Below, one piece after another: positions 1-10,254 of a DNA stretch of 64,000 nt. How positions within the stretch are numbered: position 1 is the first letter of the stretch; each line of letters starts with the position of its first letter. The notes below the pieces were generated by a model. The model had not been told where the DNA came from, made no database searches, and saw nothing but the letters and a program-made list of their open reading frames with translations. The translations under genes and the position numbers were made by a program. The DNA comes from an uncultured Desulfurococcales archaeon (GTDB taxonomy: Archaea > Thermoproteota > Thermoprotei_A > Sulfolobales > WANQ01), in contig CAYXRT010000002.1 of assembly GCA_964467535.1 (NCBI GenBank), positions 43,052 through 107,051 of the forward strand, given 5' to 3'.

Positions 1-805
1 TTCCATAAGGTGGATCAGTACCTATTGCACATATGGTGTCTGTATAAGGCAGCCTAGCTGCATCGGCTTGAATAATTTCATAGTTATTAAGATTATAATA
101 CTTTAAATTAATTCTCGCTCCCTCAACCATTCTTAGATCTATGTCAGAACCTATACTGTAGTAGCCCATTAAGCATGCTTCTATTAGAAATCCCCCAGTT
201 CCACAAAATGGATCTAGATAAGGACAATTATGTTTAGGTCTACTTAAGTTGACAAAAACTCTACATATGTGAGGAGGTAGAGCTCCTGGATGGAAGTAAG
301 GTCTTTTATCAGGCCTTCTCAACAAGAACTGCTTTGTATTTAGCTTGCCAAGTTCAAGTCCTAAAAATGCTAATCCGTTGGTTAACGTAAGTTTAACCGT
401 ATATTTAGGATTTACAAGGTTTACACGTTGACGTGTATGCTTAATTATAGTGCCTGCAATAATATCTATCAATTCGTTTTCCTTAATGTATTTTCCGTGA
501 CCTCTTAATCTCTTTAATTCAACTTTAAATGTATCATCGATAAAAGACCAATCAATCTCTTTAACTTCTCTGCATATAACGTTAATGTCAGATTCCATAA
601 TTTTAAGTATTAGTCCTACCTCCTTAATCAATCCAGCTCTTTGAAGTATTCTATTTACAGCATTAAGTTTACTTTCAAATAACAATAACTGATCATATAC
701 GTTAATTATTTTATATGCTATACCTTCAGACTCTAGAATACCCTTAAGTTCGGCTATTGGTAGGGAGAGGTGCTCTCCTGATAATAATGCATAAAGTAGA
801 CTCAT
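1..805 (-). CDS. tRNA (guanine-10-N2)-dimethyltransferase, THUMP + SAM methyltransferase (TIGR01177-like); 3' end runs off the window
   Basis: Manual translation from ATG at 805: MSLLYALLSGEHLSLPIAELKGILE..., later RPYFHPGALPP, LDPFCGTGGFL, and TDPPYG at the window edge. Not in the ORF track. Confidence 0.85.
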   Translation of the reverse strand, partial: MSLLYALLSGEHLSLPIAELKGILESEGIAYKIINVYDQLLLFESKLNAVNRILQRAGLIKEVGLILKIMESDINVICREVKEIDWSFIDDTFKVELKRLRGHGKYIKENELIDIIAGTIIKHTRQRVNLVNPKYTVKLTLTNGLAFLGLELGKLNTKQFLLRRPDKRPYFHPGALPPHICRVFVNLSRPKHNCPYLDPFCGTGGFLIEACLMGYYSIGSDIDLRMVEGARINLKYYNLNNYEIIQADAARLPYTDTICAIGTDPPYG

Positions 806-809
806 AGCA

Positions 810-1712
810 CTATAGAACACTAGTTATTGCTCTAGCTAATTCTTTTGATATATCAACTACTTCTACGCCCTTTGGAATAGGTAATGTATTTAAAGCTATG
901 ATGGATTTCACGCCACTCTTCTTTAGTCTACTTAAAGCATCTTTAACAAGTAGTGCATGAGCACATACTGCATAAACTTCTTTAGCACCATACTCATAGG
1001 CATTGCTTGCCGCTAAGGCTACAGTACCTCCAGTGCTAATAATGTCATCAACTATAATTACAACTCGTCCAGAGACATTTAGAGATTTAGGCTTAACCTT
1101 AACCTCGCCGGTAATTCTATCCCTGAACTTCTCAAGATAATCATAATCCGTGTTTAAAATACTAGAGAATTCTTTAGCTCTACCGAGAGCCCCTTTGTCA
1201 GGAGCCAATACTATAATATCCTTAGAGCTAATTCCTTTATTTAGGTATTTAGATTTAAAGTATTCTGCTAGAGGCTTCATAGCATGAACATTGACTGCTT
1301 TTCCAGGGAAGTATTTTAGAGAATCCTCCTTATGAATTTCAACGGTAATTAACGTGTCTACCCCACAATATCTTAAGAGCCTTAAAATAGTCTTAATGCT
1401 TATGGGTTCCCCGGACAGAAATCTCCTATCTTGTCTTGTATAAGCGAGATAAGGTATAACAGCTATTACCTTTTTAGCACCCAAATCTTTAGCCGTTTCA
1501 GCCATCAGGAATAGTTCAATGAGGTGCTTATCTTGTGGATGATAAGCCGATTGAATCAATACCACATCTTCATCCTTAACATTAATAGGATATCTAATAT
1601 ACGATTCCCCATCCGGAAATAGCTTATGCTCTAATTTAACATATTTAGTATTTAGGACATTAGCTATTACCGCTCCTAGACCATTAGATGCTGGTCCATC
1701 AACTACAATCAA
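810..1712 (-). CDS. prs: Ribose-phosphate pyrophosphokinase
   Basis: FPDGE, PYLAYTRQDR and IVDDIISTGGT motifs. Confidence 0.95.
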   Translation of the reverse strand: MIVVDGPASNGLGAVIANVLNTKYVKLEHKLFPDGESYIRYPINVKDEDVVLIQSAYHPQDKHLIELFLMAETAKDLGAKKVIAVIPYLAYTRQDRRFLSGEPISIKTILRLLRYCGVDTLITVEIHKEDSLKYFPGKAVNVHAMKPLAEYFKSKYLNKGISSKDIIVLAPDKGALGRAKEFSSILNTDYDYLEKFRDRITGEVKVKPKSLNVSGRVVIIVDDIISTGGTVALAASNAYEYGAKEVYAVCAHALLVKDALSRLKKSGVKSIIALNTLPIPKGVEVVDISKELARAITSVL

Positions 1713-1800
1713 TTCTAATACCCCAGTTACATAATTAAATATAAATAATTAAAATTTAACTTCAAAAATAGTTACGAAAGGTATACTATTAGCCTCCTTA

Positions 1801-2760
1801 ATGGGTAATGCCATGTATTGTAGTAGGTGTCTCTTTAAATGCGTGTTTGGAAATGAAAGGTGCGGAGTTGTAATAGGTGGAAAAGATAGATACAATTACC
1901 ATGTATTAATGGTAACATGTTCAAAGATAGAACACATATCTATTTATCACTACATAGTCAATGCAACAACACTTAATATATGGATTCCTGGCTCACCATT
2001 TAAGTGTAGATTTTGTCCGTGGAATATGAACATAGACTTAGCGGCTATAGAGCTCAGAAAGGTAAGTATTGATAAAATATTAGACTTCCTTCAAAGAACA
2101 AAAGCTGATGTTGTATCCATTCTAGGTTGTGAACCCTTAATTAATGAATGGACTTTTGAATTAATTCATCAACTTACACGAAGAAATGTAAAAGTATTAA
2201 TTAAAATGACCCCAAGCATACTCTTAAATTATACAGAGAAGATATTGAAAGACATAAACTGTATATTACTCGAGATAAGTGATGCTCATGAACAAATAAA
2301 TTCCCAAGAAATAAGCAATGTAGTATTAAAACTACTATCGTTAGGTAAACACGTGGAAATACATTTGGTTATGAATATAAATGATTATTGGAAGTGTGAG
2401 ACTATACGTAGAGCATTAATTAGGATAGCAAGTGGGAATAGATATGTCCCAATACACTTCATACCTAAGAATATTCATGAAGAAGTTAATATTAACGAGC
2501 TGTTTAAAATATTGGAAAATTTAAAGAATATGGGATATAAATTTGTTTACTCCCCCAAGGACATTACCTACAAATACCTTACAACTATCTGTCCTAAATG
2601 TTATATGCCTCTTATTCTAAGAGATGAATTTGGTGTAAAGAAGCTAGTTTTAAGAAATGAAAAATGTCCTTTCTGCGGCTTCAATTTAAAGATAAAAGCC
2701 CTGAAACCCATAAGTAAGATTAAGGTAGCCAGGTTATTTACTGAGGAGATAGTATGGTGA
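1801..2760 (+). CDS. Degenerate radical SAM (AmmeMemoRadiSam-like) paralog
   Basis: GSPFKCRFC in place of CxxxCxxC, GCEPL, C-terminal CPKC...CPFC; collinear with the downstream radical SAM protein. Confidence 0.7.
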   Translation: MGNAMYCSRCLFKCVFGNERCGVVIGGKDRYNYHVLMVTCSKIEHISIYHYIVNATTLNIWIPGSPFKCRFCPWNMNIDLAAIELRKVSIDKILDFLQRTKADVVSILGCEPLINEWTFELIHQLTRRNVKVLIKMTPSILLNYTEKILKDINCILLEISDAHEQINSQEISNVVLKLLSLGKHVEIHLVMNINDYWKCETIRRALIRIASGNRYVPIHFIPKNIHEEVNINELFKILENLKNMGYKFVYSPKDITYKYLTTICPKCYMPLILRDEFGVKKLVLRNEKCPFCGFNLKIKALKPISKIKVARLFTEEIVW

Positions 2761-3836
2761 ATAAGTTACCTAAAAGAGGTGTAAAAGAGGCATTATTTTG
2801 GGATAAAGTTAAGGATAATATTGTTAAATGCAATCTATGTCACAGGAGATGTACAATAATAGAGGGTAGATACGGTGCATGTGGTGTAAGAAAGAATGTT
2901 GAGGGAAAGTTATATACATTAGTCTATGGCTTACTCACAGCTGCTAACGTTGACCCTATAGAGAAAAAGCCTTTAATGCATTTTGAACCCGGCTCTTCAG
3001 TGTTTTCTATATCAACTGTAGGATGTAACTTCTTCTGTAGATTTTGTTTAAATTGGAACATAAGTCAATTGAGAAAAGATGAAATCTATGGGGAGCCTAT
3101 GACCCCACAGGATGTTATTTACCACGCCAAAAGGCTTGGTGCTGATGGAATAAGTTACACCTATAATGAACCAACAATATTCTATGAGTTCATGTACGAC
3201 ACAGCTAAAGAAGCTAAGAAACAGGAACTATTTAATACTATGGTAACTAATGGGTATATGACCCCTGAGGCAATAGATTACATAGGCAAATATATTGATG
3301 CTGCAACAGTGGACTTCAAGGGTGGAGGAAACAAGGACTTCTATAGAAAGTTTATGGGTGTACCTGATCCCGAACCCATATTTGAATCCATTTTAGCAAT
3401 GAAGGAGAACGGATGGTGGATTGAGATAACGAACCTTGTAGTACCTATTCACGGTGATAAAGAGGAAGATATTAGAAGACTAGCTAAATGGATTGTAGAA
3501 AACCTTGGACCGGAAACTCCATTCCATCTGTTAAGATTTCATCCAGATTATTTAATGATGGATGTACCACCAACACCTGTATCGACGCTAGAGAAGCTGG
3601 CATCTATAGCAGAAGAAGAAGGACTTAAGCATGTCTATATAGGTAATGTTCCAGGGCATCCAAAGGAGGATACTTACTGTCCAAGATGCGGATATAAAGT
3701 AATTGAAAGGGAAGGCTTCTTCATTAAGTCATGGAAGCTTATAAATGATAATAGATGCCCGAAATGCAAGTACAAATTAAACATTAAGGGTAAGTATCAT
3801 ACGAAGCCTTTTAGATGGTTTTCAATATTCCTTTAA
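2754..3836 (+). CDS. amrS: AmmeMemoRadiSam system radical SAM enzyme
   Basis: DPIEKKPLMHF, CNFFCRFC, YTYNEP, RFHPDY, YIGNV, C-terminal CxxC pairs. Confidence 0.9.
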   Translation: MVNKLPKRGVKEALFWDKVKDNIVKCNLCHRRCTIIEGRYGACGVRKNVEGKLYTLVYGLLTAANVDPIEKKPLMHFEPGSSVFSISTVGCNFFCRFCLNWNISQLRKDEIYGEPMTPQDVIYHAKRLGADGISYTYNEPTIFYEFMYDTAKEAKKQELFNTMVTNGYMTPEAIDYIGKYIDAATVDFKGGGNKDFYRKFMGVPDPEPIFESILAMKENGWWIEITNLVVPIHGDKEEDIRRLAKWIVENLGPETPFHLLRFHPDYLMMDVPPTPVSTLEKLASIAEEEGLKHVYIGNVPGHPKEDTYCPRCGYKVIEREGFFIKSWKLINDNRCPKCKYKLNIKGKYHTKPFRWFSIFL

Positions 3837-3848
3837 TCTCGAAATTAG

Positions 3849-3903
3849 AGTCAGTTAACATCTTTCATCATTAATTATCTGAGCCTAGCCTCTTCATCAT
3901 CAA
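3849..3903 (-). ncRNA. Box C/D guide sRNA
   Basis: Minus strand: ATGATGA-agaggctaggct-CAGA-taatta-ATGATGA-aagatgttaa-CTGA. Confidence 0.85.
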
Positions 3904-3994
3904 ATGTCATATAGTTTATCCTAGTAATAAAATTTTAAGATGTATATATCTTAATTAGGTATCTAGGCATTTAGGTTAGAGGACGTAGATCACC

Positions 3995-4786
3995 ATGACA
4001 TATTACATTGTAATAGTGGGACCTGCTGGTTCAGGAAAATCATATCTAACAGCTGCCTTAGCAGATTGGATGGAGGATCAACAATTAGGAGTAGCTACAT
4101 TGAATTTAGATCCAGCTGCCGAGTGGTTACCTTATTCGCCAGACATAGATGTAAGAGAGTACATCAACTCTAGGTACGTAATGCAGAAATATAACTTAGG
4201 CCCTAATGGAGCACTCATAGTATCAGTTGACATGCTCATAAATTATATAGATAAGCTAAAAGACGAAGTTGATAGCATAAAGCCAAATTACTTAATAATC
4301 GATACTCCAGGTCAACTTGAACTTTTTGCATTTAGGAAAAGTGGTCCCTTAGTTCTTGATATGCTCATAGGGGATGCTAAAGTAGTTTCATTATTCCTCA
4401 TAGATGGTACACTAGCTTCATCCCCGTCAACTTATGCATCCCTGCTATTATTATCGGCATCGGTTTACGTTAGACTTAGGAAGCCGCAAATAAATGTAGT
4501 GACAAAAACGGATATGATGTCAAAAGACGTCCTAGACTACATGATTAGGTGGAGTGAAGATCCCTTCGAATTCTCAAGTGCTTTAAGGAGCGAAACAGGC
4601 AATCCTCTATTGATAGAATTTACAGACAGAGTAAGGGAAGGATTATCATCGTTGGAATTATCGTGGATGCCCGTGTTTGTTTCAAGTAAAACCGGTGAAG
4701 GATTAGATGTTTTGTATGGTGAAATACAAAGAATATTATGTGGCGGAGAAGATTTCTTAACAGAAGAGCCTTCACCAAGACTTTAA
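3995..4786 (+). CDS. GPN-loop GTPase
   Basis: GPAGSGKS, NLDPA, LGPNG, DTPGQ. Confidence 0.92.
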   Translation: MTYYIVIVGPAGSGKSYLTAALADWMEDQQLGVATLNLDPAAEWLPYSPDIDVREYINSRYVMQKYNLGPNGALIVSVDMLINYIDKLKDEVDSIKPNYLIIDTPGQLELFAFRKSGPLVLDMLIGDAKVVSLFLIDGTLASSPSTYASLLLLSASVYVRLRKPQINVVTKTDMMSKDVLDYMIRWSEDPFEFSSALRSETGNPLLIEFTDRVREGLSSLELSWMPVFVSSKTGEGLDVLYGEIQRILCGGEDFLTEEPSPRL

Positions 4787-4882
4787 TTCAACTTTAGGAT
4801 TTAAAGAAGGATATACATTAATAAGGAGCTACTCTATTCCTCTAAATGGAATCCCATTAAATAATTAGGGAGGTTATGTGAA

Positions 4883-5605
4883 ATGTCTTCACCAAAGGAA
4901 ATAATATATAAGGCACTAAATGAAGGAAGGAATAAGTTACTTGAACACGAAGCATATGACTTAGTTAAAATCTACGGAATACCAACGCCTAGATATGGTC
5001 TCGCAGTAAATGTTGATGAAGCGGTAGAATTAGCTGAGAAAATAGGTTATCCAATAGTATTGAAAATAGTATCACCTGACGTCATACACAAAAGTGATGT
5101 TGGAGGTGTAATATTAAATTTAAACAGTTCGAAGGAAGTAAGGGAATCATTTAACAAGATATTGTCAAATGTTCGCAAAGCTCTACCCAAGGCACGAGTT
5201 GTTGGAGTACTAGTTCAAGAAATGGTACCACAAGACCTAGAGGTAATAGTAGGAGCTACAAGAGACCCAATATTCGGACCTGTAGTTATGTTTGGATTAG
5301 GTGGAATTTTTGTTGAAGTACTAAAGGATGTATCCTTTAGAGTAGTCCCCCTAACTGAACGTGATGCCGAAGAAATGCTAAAAGAAATCAAAGGTAGACA
5401 ACTACTCGAAGGATACAGACATCTCAAGCCAAGAGATAAAAAGGCCTTAGTAAATATCATACTAGGTGTTGCTAAACTTATGGAGGAGAATGAAGAAGTC
5501 ACAGAACTGGACTTAAATCCAATAATGGTATTCCCTAAAGGAATGGGAGCTAAAGTAGTTGATGTTAGAGTGATTATTAAAAAACCTGAAGGAAGACACC
5601 ACTAG
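4883..5605 (+). CDS. Acetate/acyl-CoA ligase (ADP-forming) beta subunit, ATP-grasp
   Basis: KIVSPDVIHKSDVGGV, FGPVVMFGLGGIFVE, ELDLNP. Confidence 0.92.
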   Translation: MSSPKEIIYKALNEGRNKLLEHEAYDLVKIYGIPTPRYGLAVNVDEAVELAEKIGYPIVLKIVSPDVIHKSDVGGVILNLNSSKEVRESFNKILSNVRKALPKARVVGVLVQEMVPQDLEVIVGATRDPIFGPVVMFGLGGIFVEVLKDVSFRVVPLTERDAEEMLKEIKGRQLLEGYRHLKPRDKKALVNIILGVAKLMEENEEVTELDLNPIMVFPKGMGAKVVDVRVIIKKPEGRHH

Positions 5606-5611
5606 ACAAGG

Positions 5612-6520
5612 ATGTTATCTTTGCAGTCAAACACCAATATCGATAAACTTAATGAACTTGTTAATAACATATTAAAGGACATAGAACAAATAAGAGAGCA
5701 GATAAAAAGGTTAAAGGAAGAAAGGCATTTGTTAATTGAAGAGATTAGAAGAATGAAAGCTAAACGTATGGAATTAATTTCTCGAGTAAGGAATTTAATT
5801 AATGAAATAAGACGATATAGAGAAGAAAAAAGTAAATTAATAAATGAATTAAGGGATCTCAAAAACAAGAGAAATGAACTAAGAAGTACATTTAAAGAGC
5901 TACTTAATAAGATTAATGAAAAGAGAAAGGAATTAGAACACGTAAGGAGTGCATTAAGAATACCATTATCAAGAATACAAAAGAGGATACAGCAACTTGA
6001 ATGGAAGCAGATGACAAGTGTCTTAACACTTGAGGAAGAGAGAGAACTCATAGAACAAATAGCTAGACTCGAAGAACTACTAGACAAAGCTATAACAGCT
6101 AGGAAAGTGAAGTCAGAAATAGTTAATATAAGAGCTGAAATTAGTAGAATCAAAGTGGAATTAAGCGATGTCATGAAACGGATACGTGAAAAATCCGATG
6201 AGATACAAAAAATAAATAGTCGAATTAATAAACTTGCACATCAAATCAACGAGCTAAGGAGAAACATAGATGAAATTTCAGGTAGGATAAATGAGTCTTC
6301 TGATCAAATAAATGAATTATCTACTAAAATTGATGAACTACAAAAAAAGCTTGTTGAAAAAAGAATGGAATATAAGCGGTTAATAGAACAAATTAATGAG
6401 GAAAGAAAGAAAGAAATTCTAGAAAAGAAGAAAAGAGAAATTAAAGAAAAGGTGGTTAAAACTAAAATGCGTAGGTTAAGTCTTGATGAGCTACGAATAC
6501 TTTATGGTGAGGTTGAATAA
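5612..6520 (+). CDS. Archaeal coiled-coil protein (COG1340-like)
   Basis: Continuous heptads, LEWKQMTSVLTLEEERELIEQI, C-terminal LSLDEL. Confidence 0.75.
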   Translation: MLSLQSNTNIDKLNELVNNILKDIEQIREQIKRLKEERHLLIEEIRRMKAKRMELISRVRNLINEIRRYREEKSKLINELRDLKNKRNELRSTFKELLNKINEKRKELEHVRSALRIPLSRIQKRIQQLEWKQMTSVLTLEEERELIEQIARLEELLDKAITARKVKSEIVNIRAEISRIKVELSDVMKRIREKSDEIQKINSRINKLAHQINELRRNIDEISGRINESSDQINELSTKIDELQKKLVEKRMEYKRLIEQINEERKKEILEKKKREIKEKVVKTKMRRLSLDELRILYGEVE

Positions 6521-6534
6521 TGGTGTCTTAGGTT

Positions 6535-7662
6535 ATGATTAAAAACGGTAACCTAAAAAATAAGGAACCTATAATAATGGTGTTAGCTATAGACATAGAT
6601 GACGATGTTGGTAGAATAGGAATTAGAACCCCAATAATAGGTTTTGAGCAAGTTAAATCAGCTGCCATGAAATATGCATTAACTAGGCCTGAAGATCCAG
6701 ACGTAAATGTACTATTCTCAGCACTAAATATAGCTAAGCAATTAAAGGAGAGAGGACAGAACGTCGAAGTTGCCGTAATCTCTGGTGACGCCTATGATTA
6801 TGTAATGGCAGGTATTAAAGTCCGTGAACAACTTGACATGTTAAGTAGGAAGTACAATATTAAAGGTATCGTCATCGTTAGTGATAGCACTGAAGATGAA
6901 CAGGTGATACCGCTAATTCAAGGTTATGCTCCAATAATTTCAGTCAAGAGGGTTGTTATTGAACAATGGAGAGGAGTCGAAGAGACATTTATACTAATAG
7001 GGAGATACCTAAAGAAGGCTGTTGAAGAACCTAGATTTGCACGAATATTTCTTGGTGTTCCAGGACTTGTAATATTCACTATAAGCTTACTTGCCCTCGT
7101 AGGACTTCTCCACTATGCTCTCGTAGTAGCGTTCACTATTGTAGGAGCATACATGTTTTTAAAAGGGTTTGAATTAGACGTAAAGATAATCAATTGGTGG
7201 AAAGAATCCCCAATTACTTCAACAGCATTGATATTATCGTTTATAGCCATAATTGTAGGCATAACGACAACTTATCATACTATTTTAGCATTAATGCCCG
7301 AAACAGAAACTTCAATTATAACTCTCGCAGGTATTATAATTAATGGTATGCTTCCTTATGTAGGTTTTAGCGTATTAGCATTAATGTCAGCTAGGATTGT
7401 AACTAAGGCTCCAGTAAGCGGTCTAAAAGTATGGCATGACGTATCAATATTAGTAATTTCTGCGCTCATAATAGCTGCCCTGTATGAACTGTCTTCAAGA
7501 TTAGCTAGTCTTCCTCCAACAGCCACATCAATGGATATTGTAAGAACCATTATGGAGTCTCAGATACTTCTCTGGCTCTTTGCCATAATAATTATTTCAA
7601 TAATAGTAACTGCCATTCTTGGATACATAGAAGAGAAGGTTGCTCATAAGAAAGAGAAATGA
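6535..7662 (+). CDS. DUF373 family membrane protein
   Basis: LAIDIDDDVG, PEDPDVN, several C-terminal TM helices. Confidence 0.85.
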   Translation: MIKNGNLKNKEPIIMVLAIDIDDDVGRIGIRTPIIGFEQVKSAAMKYALTRPEDPDVNVLFSALNIAKQLKERGQNVEVAVISGDAYDYVMAGIKVREQLDMLSRKYNIKGIVIVSDSTEDEQVIPLIQGYAPIISVKRVVIEQWRGVEETFILIGRYLKKAVEEPRFARIFLGVPGLVIFTISLLALVGLLHYALVVAFTIVGAYMFLKGFELDVKIINWWKESPITSTALILSFIAIIVGITTTYHTILALMPETETSIITLAGIIINGMLPYVGFSVLALMSARIVTKAPVSGLKVWHDVSILVISALIIAALYELSSRLASLPPTATSMDIVRTIMESQILLWLFAIIIISIIVTAILGYIEEKVAHKKEK

Positions 7663-7671
7663 TAATAAATT

Positions 7672-8493
7672 CTATCTTCCAAACCTTCGTTCTCGTCTCT
7701 GATATGACCTTATAGCTCTCCATAGATCTATTCTTCTAAAATCAGGCCAGTATATATCACAGAAATATAGTTCACTATATGCAGATTGCCATAAAAGGAA
7801 GTTACTGATTCTTTCTTCACCTGAAGTCCTAATTATCAGATCAGGATCAGGCGCATGATCTGTATATAGATGTTTTCTAAAGATTTCTTCATCTATATCG
7901 TCGATTTTTAATTTTCCGTGAAGCACCTCTTCTGCGACTTTTTTAACCGCATCTAGTATTTCTTGCCTTCCCCCATAACATAATGCTATATTTAATACGT
8001 GTTTATCATTGAACTTAGTCTTCTCTTCGACTTCCTTGATTAAATTAATGAGATCACGAGGCACTAAATCCAGCCTTCCGATAACTCTAATTCTAACCCC
8101 CCTTCTATTAAAATCCTCAATACGTTGAAGCACCTCATTGAAAGCCTTTCTCGCAAGATTGAACAGTTTTTCACGTTCTTCTTTAGGTCTGTATAGGCAG
8201 TTTTCAGTTGACATTGCATAAATTGTGACGACCTCTATACCTAGATCCCATAGCCAATCTAATACTTCCCTCATTTTCTTGTAACCTTCTTCATGTCCCT
8301 GCCATGGATATAGGTTTCTAAGTCTAGCCCATCTCCTATTACCATCAGGTATGATTGCTACATGCCTTGGAAAGGGGCCATTTTTTATCTCCATCCACAA
8401 CTTCTTTTCATAAACTTTATATATCGGTTTAAGTATCAATGGTGATAACTTGTAAAATAACTCTCTAACCTTTTCTCTAAACTTATTAATCAT
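7672..8493 (-). CDS. uppS: cis-prenyltransferase (polyprenyl diphosphate synthase)
   Basis: IPDGNRRWA, RTSGEERISNFLLWQ, RRFG. Confidence 0.95.
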   Translation of the reverse strand: MINKFREKVRELFYKLSPLILKPIYKVYEKKLWMEIKNGPFPRHVAIIPDGNRRWARLRNLYPWQGHEEGYKKMREVLDWLWDLGIEVVTIYAMSTENCLYRPKEEREKLFNLARKAFNEVLQRIEDFNRRGVRIRVIGRLDLVPRDLINLIKEVEEKTKFNDKHVLNIALCYGGRQEILDAVKKVAEEVLHGKLKIDDIDEEIFRKHLYTDHAPDPDLIIRTSGEERISNFLLWQSAYSELYFCDIYWPDFRRIDLWRAIRSYQRRERRFGR

Positions 8494-8528
8494 TATTCAG
8501 CACTCTCATTAATAGCAGGTGAATATCC

Positions 8529-9047
8529 GTGAGGGTTGCTGTGGGGAGCACTAATCCTTCAAAGGTATTAGCAGTTAAAAAAGCTTGGATTCTCATGGGT
8601 GATGCCGAGGTATTAGGAGTTAAAGTGCCTTCAGGTGTAAGTGAGCAGCCTAGGACTATGAATGAAATAGTCAAGGGTGCATGTAATAGAGCGTTAAATG
8701 CTCTTAAAATCGCTAATGCGGATTATGGGGTAGGCATAGAAGCAGGCTACATTAGTGTACCTCTTTTAAAAGATAAGATACTTGATATACAGGTAGCAGT
8801 TATTGTTGATAAAACAGGTTACGAGACCATAGGTTTCAGTCCAGCATTTGAAGTCCCACCAAGCGCGCTAAGTCATAGAACTCTAGGGGAATACATGGCC
8901 AAGATTAGTGGAAGAAATAAAATAAATGAAGAAATAGGTGCCATAGGCTACTTAAGCATAGGAACAGTTACAAGAATGGAATTAACCTACTATGCTGTTT
9001 TGATGGCACTTATCCCAAGGATAAATAAACACTTATATAGAAGTTAG
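8529..9047 (+). CDS. yjjX: Inosine/xanthosine triphosphatase
   Basis: VGSTNPSK, SGVSEQP, GIEAG, GAIGYLS. Confidence 0.88.
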   Translation: MRVAVGSTNPSKVLAVKKAWILMGDAEVLGVKVPSGVSEQPRTMNEIVKGACNRALNALKIANADYGVGIEAGYISVPLLKDKILDIQVAVIVDKTGYETIGFSPAFEVPPSALSHRTLGEYMAKISGRNKINEEIGAIGYLSIGTVTRMELTYYAVLMALIPRINKHLYRS

Positions 9048-9097
9048 AGATTATGCTTATTAGCTTGCAAGGAATTAAATAGTTAAGGTGTACGTCA

Positions 9098-9481
9098 ATG
9101 TCATACTACCAAGGTAATGACCTTAAAAAGCCTACAGGAGGTAAAAAGGCTCCTCATAGAAAGAAGAGAAAGTTTGAATTAGGTAGACCTCCAACACATA
9201 CTAGACTTTCAGAGCAAGATCAAAGAACCATTATCAGGGTTAAAGGTGGTAACACTAAGGTTAGGTTAAAGAGAGCAGCTTTTGCTAATGTACTTGATCC
9301 AACAACTAATAAGGCTAAAAAAGTTAAAATAATAAGGGTTATTGAAACCCCTGCTCATACTGAATATGCTAGAAGAGGGATCATTGTTAAAGGAGCCATT
9401 ATTGAAACTGAGATAGGAAGAGCAGTCGTCACCTCTAGGCCAGGACAGGATGGTGTAATTAATGCTGTGTTGATTAAGTAG
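9098..9481 (+). CDS. rps8e: 30S ribosomal protein eS8
   Basis: [27 protein letters not shown]. Confidence 0.97.
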   Translation: MSYYQGNDLKKPTGGKKAPHRKKRKFELGRPPTHTRLSEQDQRTIIRVKGGNTKVRLKRAAFANVLDPTTNKAKKVKIIRVIETPAHTEYARRGIIVKGAIIETEIGRAVVTSRPGQDGVINAVLIK

Positions 9482-9495
9482 AGGAAGATCTTTTC

Positions 9496-9795
9496 ATGAG
9501 TAGGGATTATCAAGGAGAGAGAATCACCTTATGGCCTATAAATATAGACTCAACAAGGAGTAGGAAGGAAGGTAGAAAGATAGCTAAAGAGTTCGCTGTT
9601 CCGCAGCCATCTATAGAGGAGATTATTGAAGCAGCAAAAGAATTAGGTCTTGACCCAATTATTGAAGATAAAGCCTATCCTAAGGCTTGGTGGGAGCAAA
9701 AGAAGAGAATTAGCGTTTTAAAAACTAAACCCAAAACACAACTGTTAAGGGATATAGCATTAAAAATTAAAGAAAAACGTATGAAAACTAAATAA
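9496..9795 (+). CDS. srp19: Signal recognition particle protein SRP19
   Basis: LWPINIDSTRSRKEGRKI, KAYPKAWW. Confidence 0.93.
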   Translation: MSRDYQGERITLWPINIDSTRSRKEGRKIAKEFAVPQPSIEEIIEAAKELGLDPIIEDKAYPKAWWEQKKRISVLKTKPKTQLLRDIALKIKEKRMKTK

Positions 9796-9969
9796 TAATA
9801 CAGTAGTGTTACAGTTATACCACCATAAACTACATGAGATCTCCATGTTCTCAGCTATTTAACCACCATTAGTAACTCTATTAAGTGAAGTAATACACTT
9901 ATGAGCCGTCATACTAATATATTAAGAGATATCATAAATGTTATGACAGTGCTTGGGGGGTAGATTTTT

Positions 9970-10254
9970 ATGCGTAAACTAGGTACAGCCTTACACATCT
10001 CCCGTTCAGGTAATATTATTGTGAAAGTTGAAATAGATCATCCTCCGCCATTAGGTTCACGTATATTTGACAAACATTTAAGAAGGCTAGGGGTATTAGC
10101 AGATCTAATAGGCCCTGTTTCATCACCATATGCTATTGTAAAGCCTGAATCATCTGAAGTTAAGGTATTCTTTGAACCTGGGCCCGTCTACTTTACTACT
10201 CCTAAGCAAAAGCCTACTAGGAAGAGACTTAGAAGGAAAAGGGGTAAGAAATAG
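9970..10254 (+). CDS. gar1: H/ACA RNP component Gar1
   Basis: LGVLADLIGPVSSPYAIVK; basic tail; sits directly upstream of TFB. Confidence 0.85.
   Translation: MRKLGTALHISRSGNIIVKVEIDHPPPLGSRIFDKHLRRLGVLADLIGPVSSPYAIVKPESSEVKVFFEPGPVYFTTPKQKPTRKRLRRKRGKK

Noticed and set aside
5612-6520. Coiled-coil protein as a possible SMC or cytoskeletal novelty
   Set aside because: No ATPase head; it fits the widespread archaeal COG1340-like family in a housekeeping context.
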